NCBI GenBank assembly: GCA_043228905.1
Contig: JBHGNT010000001.1
Location: 37,014,001-37,078,000, forward strand
Length of the DNA: 64,000 bases
Reading direction: 5' to 3'
Origin: Azolla caroliniana
Lineage: Eukaryota; Plantae; Polypodiophyta
Part shown: one piece after another, positions 60,628 through 64,000 of the stretch
Numbering within the stretch: position 1 is the first letter of the stretch
Layout: every line of letters begins with the position of its first letter
Translations under genes and position numbers: made by a program
Notes under the pieces: model-generated
The model's database searches: none
What the model was told of the DNA's origin: nothing
What the model saw: only the letters and a program-made list of their open reading frames with translations

Positions 60628-63600
60628 TTAGTCCTGAATAAGGCCACAAGTACACACACATCTGTGCTCTGATGATGAGCTCTGATCCGGTGGATAAGCC
60701 CAATTCTTCTTCTTCTTTCCACTACTGTTTGACACTCTTTTCTTGTCCCTCCCTACTGCAGACTCATCCACATATGAAGCAAAAGACTTGATAAACCTTT
60801 TACCCCTAGATCCAGGATTTGTCGACTCAGGAGCATCACTTGGCAGTCGAGAGAATTGTAATAGTAGGCGACTTAAATAGATCACAAGGCTTAAGGCTGA
60901 TGCCGTGCCAGTGACGAGAAAGAGACCCCAAAAACTGCTTAAATTTAATTGAGTTGTCTCCATATTGTTACTATTGGCTGCACAATTGCCACTAGTTAGC
61001 CAGAGATCCTGAATCCTTTTAAGGCCTCCATTCTCGGAGAGTTGTATAATGGCTGTGGACATATCGACTGCGAGCTGAGAATCCTTTTGGAAGGCCTATC
61101 AGCAAATGATGCAAGACTTGTGATTCAGTAAAGCCACATAACATTATCTGAGAATTTGGCAGATCCCTACATAACAAGCATAATATGTGATGTATTAAAT
61201 TACTTACAAAGCCCCATCCTCCTTCAGTGAAAGGTTCACCAGCTTTCGTGAAGCCACACTTGGTCTCCAAAAAGATTTCCACATACGGAAGCTCCTCAAC
61301 AATAGCAGCAACTCCTCCCTTACTGGCACCCAATGTAAGAGAGCGAGCATAATCATCCATGGAGACCAAAGGTTTAAGCCTATCTTCTGCTATGTTCATA
61401 CTAATGAGCTGGTTTCTCACAAAGGATCCATTTTGGTAGCCAATAGGATCATTATTGGTTTGTAAGTTACTAATCCCTCGATTATCAGGACTAAGCTGCT
61501 GGACTGTCAAGATTGAGGTTAGGTTAGCAGTGTAACTTGATGTGATGATGAGGACTACAAACAACCAAACAAGAACGACGAATCTCCCAAATGTGCTCCT
61601 TGTTCTCTCTCCTGAAAAGGTGTGTCTTATCATGAGTTAATTATATACCATGTAGAAACATTATTCCGCATGATAAATCGAGCCACTCACTTTGAGAGAA
61701 AAAGAGTGTCGAGAAAGTGAACCTGCACAGAAAGAAACACCAACAAAGGCATCAGAAGAAGACCACATATGTATACCCTTCATCTAACACTGTCAGAGGA
61801 TGGAAGGAACATGGATTACCATAATGATTTCCCTTTTCCTGTTACAAATATGTACATCTAGCCTAAGCGAATGAACACACCTTACCATAAAAGTGTCACT
61901 ACTTGTTTGCTTGGGTGACCGCGAAAGTCCCTGTTCTTCTTGTGCTCCAGCAACCAGATTACGAGGCCTGTAAAGATGAAGAAAGCTAAAGTCGTGAGCC
62001 ACATTGTTGGTGTGAAGGGTCCCAAGAATGCCCACGGATTGCTTGATTGTGAATCCAGTGCTGGTACCACCACCACTAGTCCAGATTCTTTGATAGACTG
62101 AGTGAAATCCACTATCTCCATTCTTTTTGTTGTAATAGTGACATCCCCCACCACTCCATCGAACGCCTGCACATGCATAATAACATTTGTGGTTATCAGC
62201 ACAATTGACAGTTTCTCATCATGAGCCAGCTTTCCTTGGGAGGACCCAGGTTTTTTTTCTTGCAGGTTTTTATTTTCCTCTATTATATATATGTAGTCAA
62301 ATTGTAAATAACAAACAAGAAATAGTATACTAAAACTTTTGTGAATTGAGAAATGTTTAGGGTCAAAACTATAAGATCTACAGGGGATATTCGAACTAAA
62401 CAGAAGATTAAACATGTAGTGAAACAAATTCTATCTTATCCAAATATTATTATTTCTGAAAACATATAAAATATGACTGTGTGTCCATACCTTCTGAGCC
62501 AAGAGAAGAATCATGTCATCGTACACAGGTTCTGTGTTGTTTCCAAATAATTCAAAGTTGTAGGAGATAGTGTACGGCAAATAGTTCAGAGCCTCTAGGA
62601 AGACATCGATGCAGTAACCACTGAATGTTGTGACATTCGTTGTATTTGATTTAGAATAGCTTAGAAACTGCTCAAAGCCTCTCTTCAAGGGTACCGCTAT
62701 CCTCAAAGGCCTGCCATTTTTCGGAAAAACCCATCCTCGAGGTACCTCATACGAGTCTCCAGGCCACATTATTTTCCAAGGGGAACCTGGAGAGTTTGCA
62801 TTTCCCACCGTAGCATCCGTGACATTGTCAGATGCGGAGAGTGATAATTTACTTGTGTTTGTCCAGTAGCCAATTGGCTTCAACTCACCATCAATAATGT
62901 TAACAATCTGAAATTCGCTGCGGATGAGATCATGTTCTGAATCCAGCTGTATATAGCCTGATGTTCCTGCAAATTGAGTCTGCAGAATAGAGTTTCTGAG
63001 TAAAGGTCCCCCCTCAAAAACTTTCAATTCAACCAGGTCAGGAGAACTGCCTGCAGCATCCGTGGGAAAGGTAGAGTTTTTGAAAGTGATGTTGAAGCCA
63101 TTCTTCGTGTAGTTATCGATTGCATATGCTAGCATTTGTGTTGCATCATATGCATACAGACCATAAATAGGTATTTCATTTGCAATCTCTTCCGACGAAA
63201 TTTGATTTTTCCATTCAGAATCAAAAGTTCTTAATACAGAAGAGTTTGCATAATAACCACGAATCCCAACTACACCTTGAAGTGTGATCAAATCTCTAGC
63301 TTCTACTGTGGCCTTGTTAAGTGTGCCGACCATCAAGTCAGAAGCAATCCATACATAACCACTAGTCATCATACCCTGGTATTTAGCCTCGGTAAAGAAA
63401 AGCAATGAAAGATTTTGTGGCATGTGAACTACAAAAATTCTTGTCTGCATTGCAGAAAGATTATTTAGGACAGTATCAATACTGGTCCTATTACTATCTG
63501 GACTCACGGCCACTTTCTGTACAACTTGAATTCCAAGAGGGTCCAGGGCGCCACTGATCGCAGCAGCTCCACTGCTTCCAGAATTGTCATCTATGTAGAT

Positions 63601-63842
63601 GATAACCACACTTCTCCATTTATACATGGCTATTAAAGATGCAATAGCTTGCATTTGCATGGCATCGCTATGTGCAATCCGGAAGAAATAGGGATACCGT
63701 TGCCCGGAGAATTCTGGATCAGTCACTGCAAATGAGAGCATCGGAACTTGGGTAGCAGTTGCCATGTGAGCAACAAAGCGAGAGACAGCAGTTGACTGAG
63801 GCCCTATGACTGCAATGACCTCCTGCTTGAAGAGCTCTAATG
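60628..63842 (-). CDS. Second tandem GLR3-type glutamate receptor-like gene, 5'-partial; exons 63842-62491, 62166-61886, 61722-61691, 61611-61208, 61095-60628
   Basis: Same motifs and intron phases as the neighbour ([63 protein letters not shown]). Exon 1 was not identified within the window. Confidence 0.92.
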
Positions 63843-64000
63843 CTGGACGAATAGAAACAAAAGCAGAGCAGAGAAAGAAAAGGCCATGAGTACAAGCCTG
63901 CTCACGTATATAAGAAAACAATTGAAGCTGTTGTCTAATATTGAAAGAATACTCCAACAGGCAGGTTCAAGAACAGAATGTTTGCCATACTTACAAACTC

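Overview
Eukaryotic land-plant nuclear DNA with spliceosomal GT-AG introns; a non-seed plant such as a fern is plausible from gene divergence and TE types, but this is inference only. Five protein-coding genes are supported: the 3' end of a FLU (FLUORESCENT IN BLUE LIGHT) TPR gene (4595-5587 +), an intronless ROH1-like DUF793 gene (36509-37789 +), a complete 17-exon mitochondrial class II fumarase (41663-51535 +), and a tandem pair of GLR3-type glutamate-receptor-like channels on the minus strand (52760-57030 complete; 60628-63842 lacking exon 1). A 17.3-kb nest of LTR retrotransposons (11169-28500) consists of an old Gypsy-type host (tRNA-Trp PBS, 4-bp TSD) carrying a young Tnt1/Tork-like Copia, an older related Copia that itself holds a Gypsy solo LTR, and another LTR-like insert. 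A gag-only Copia derivative, LINE remnants and a hAT MITE are also present. I found no convincing new multi-gene system. The most unusual observations are a young Copia with no TSD whose U3 end retains PPT-adjacent bases, a 4-bp-TSD tRNA-Trp-primed Gypsy lineage, and paralog-specific C-terminal tails on the two GLRs. All boundaries and identities were read by eye.
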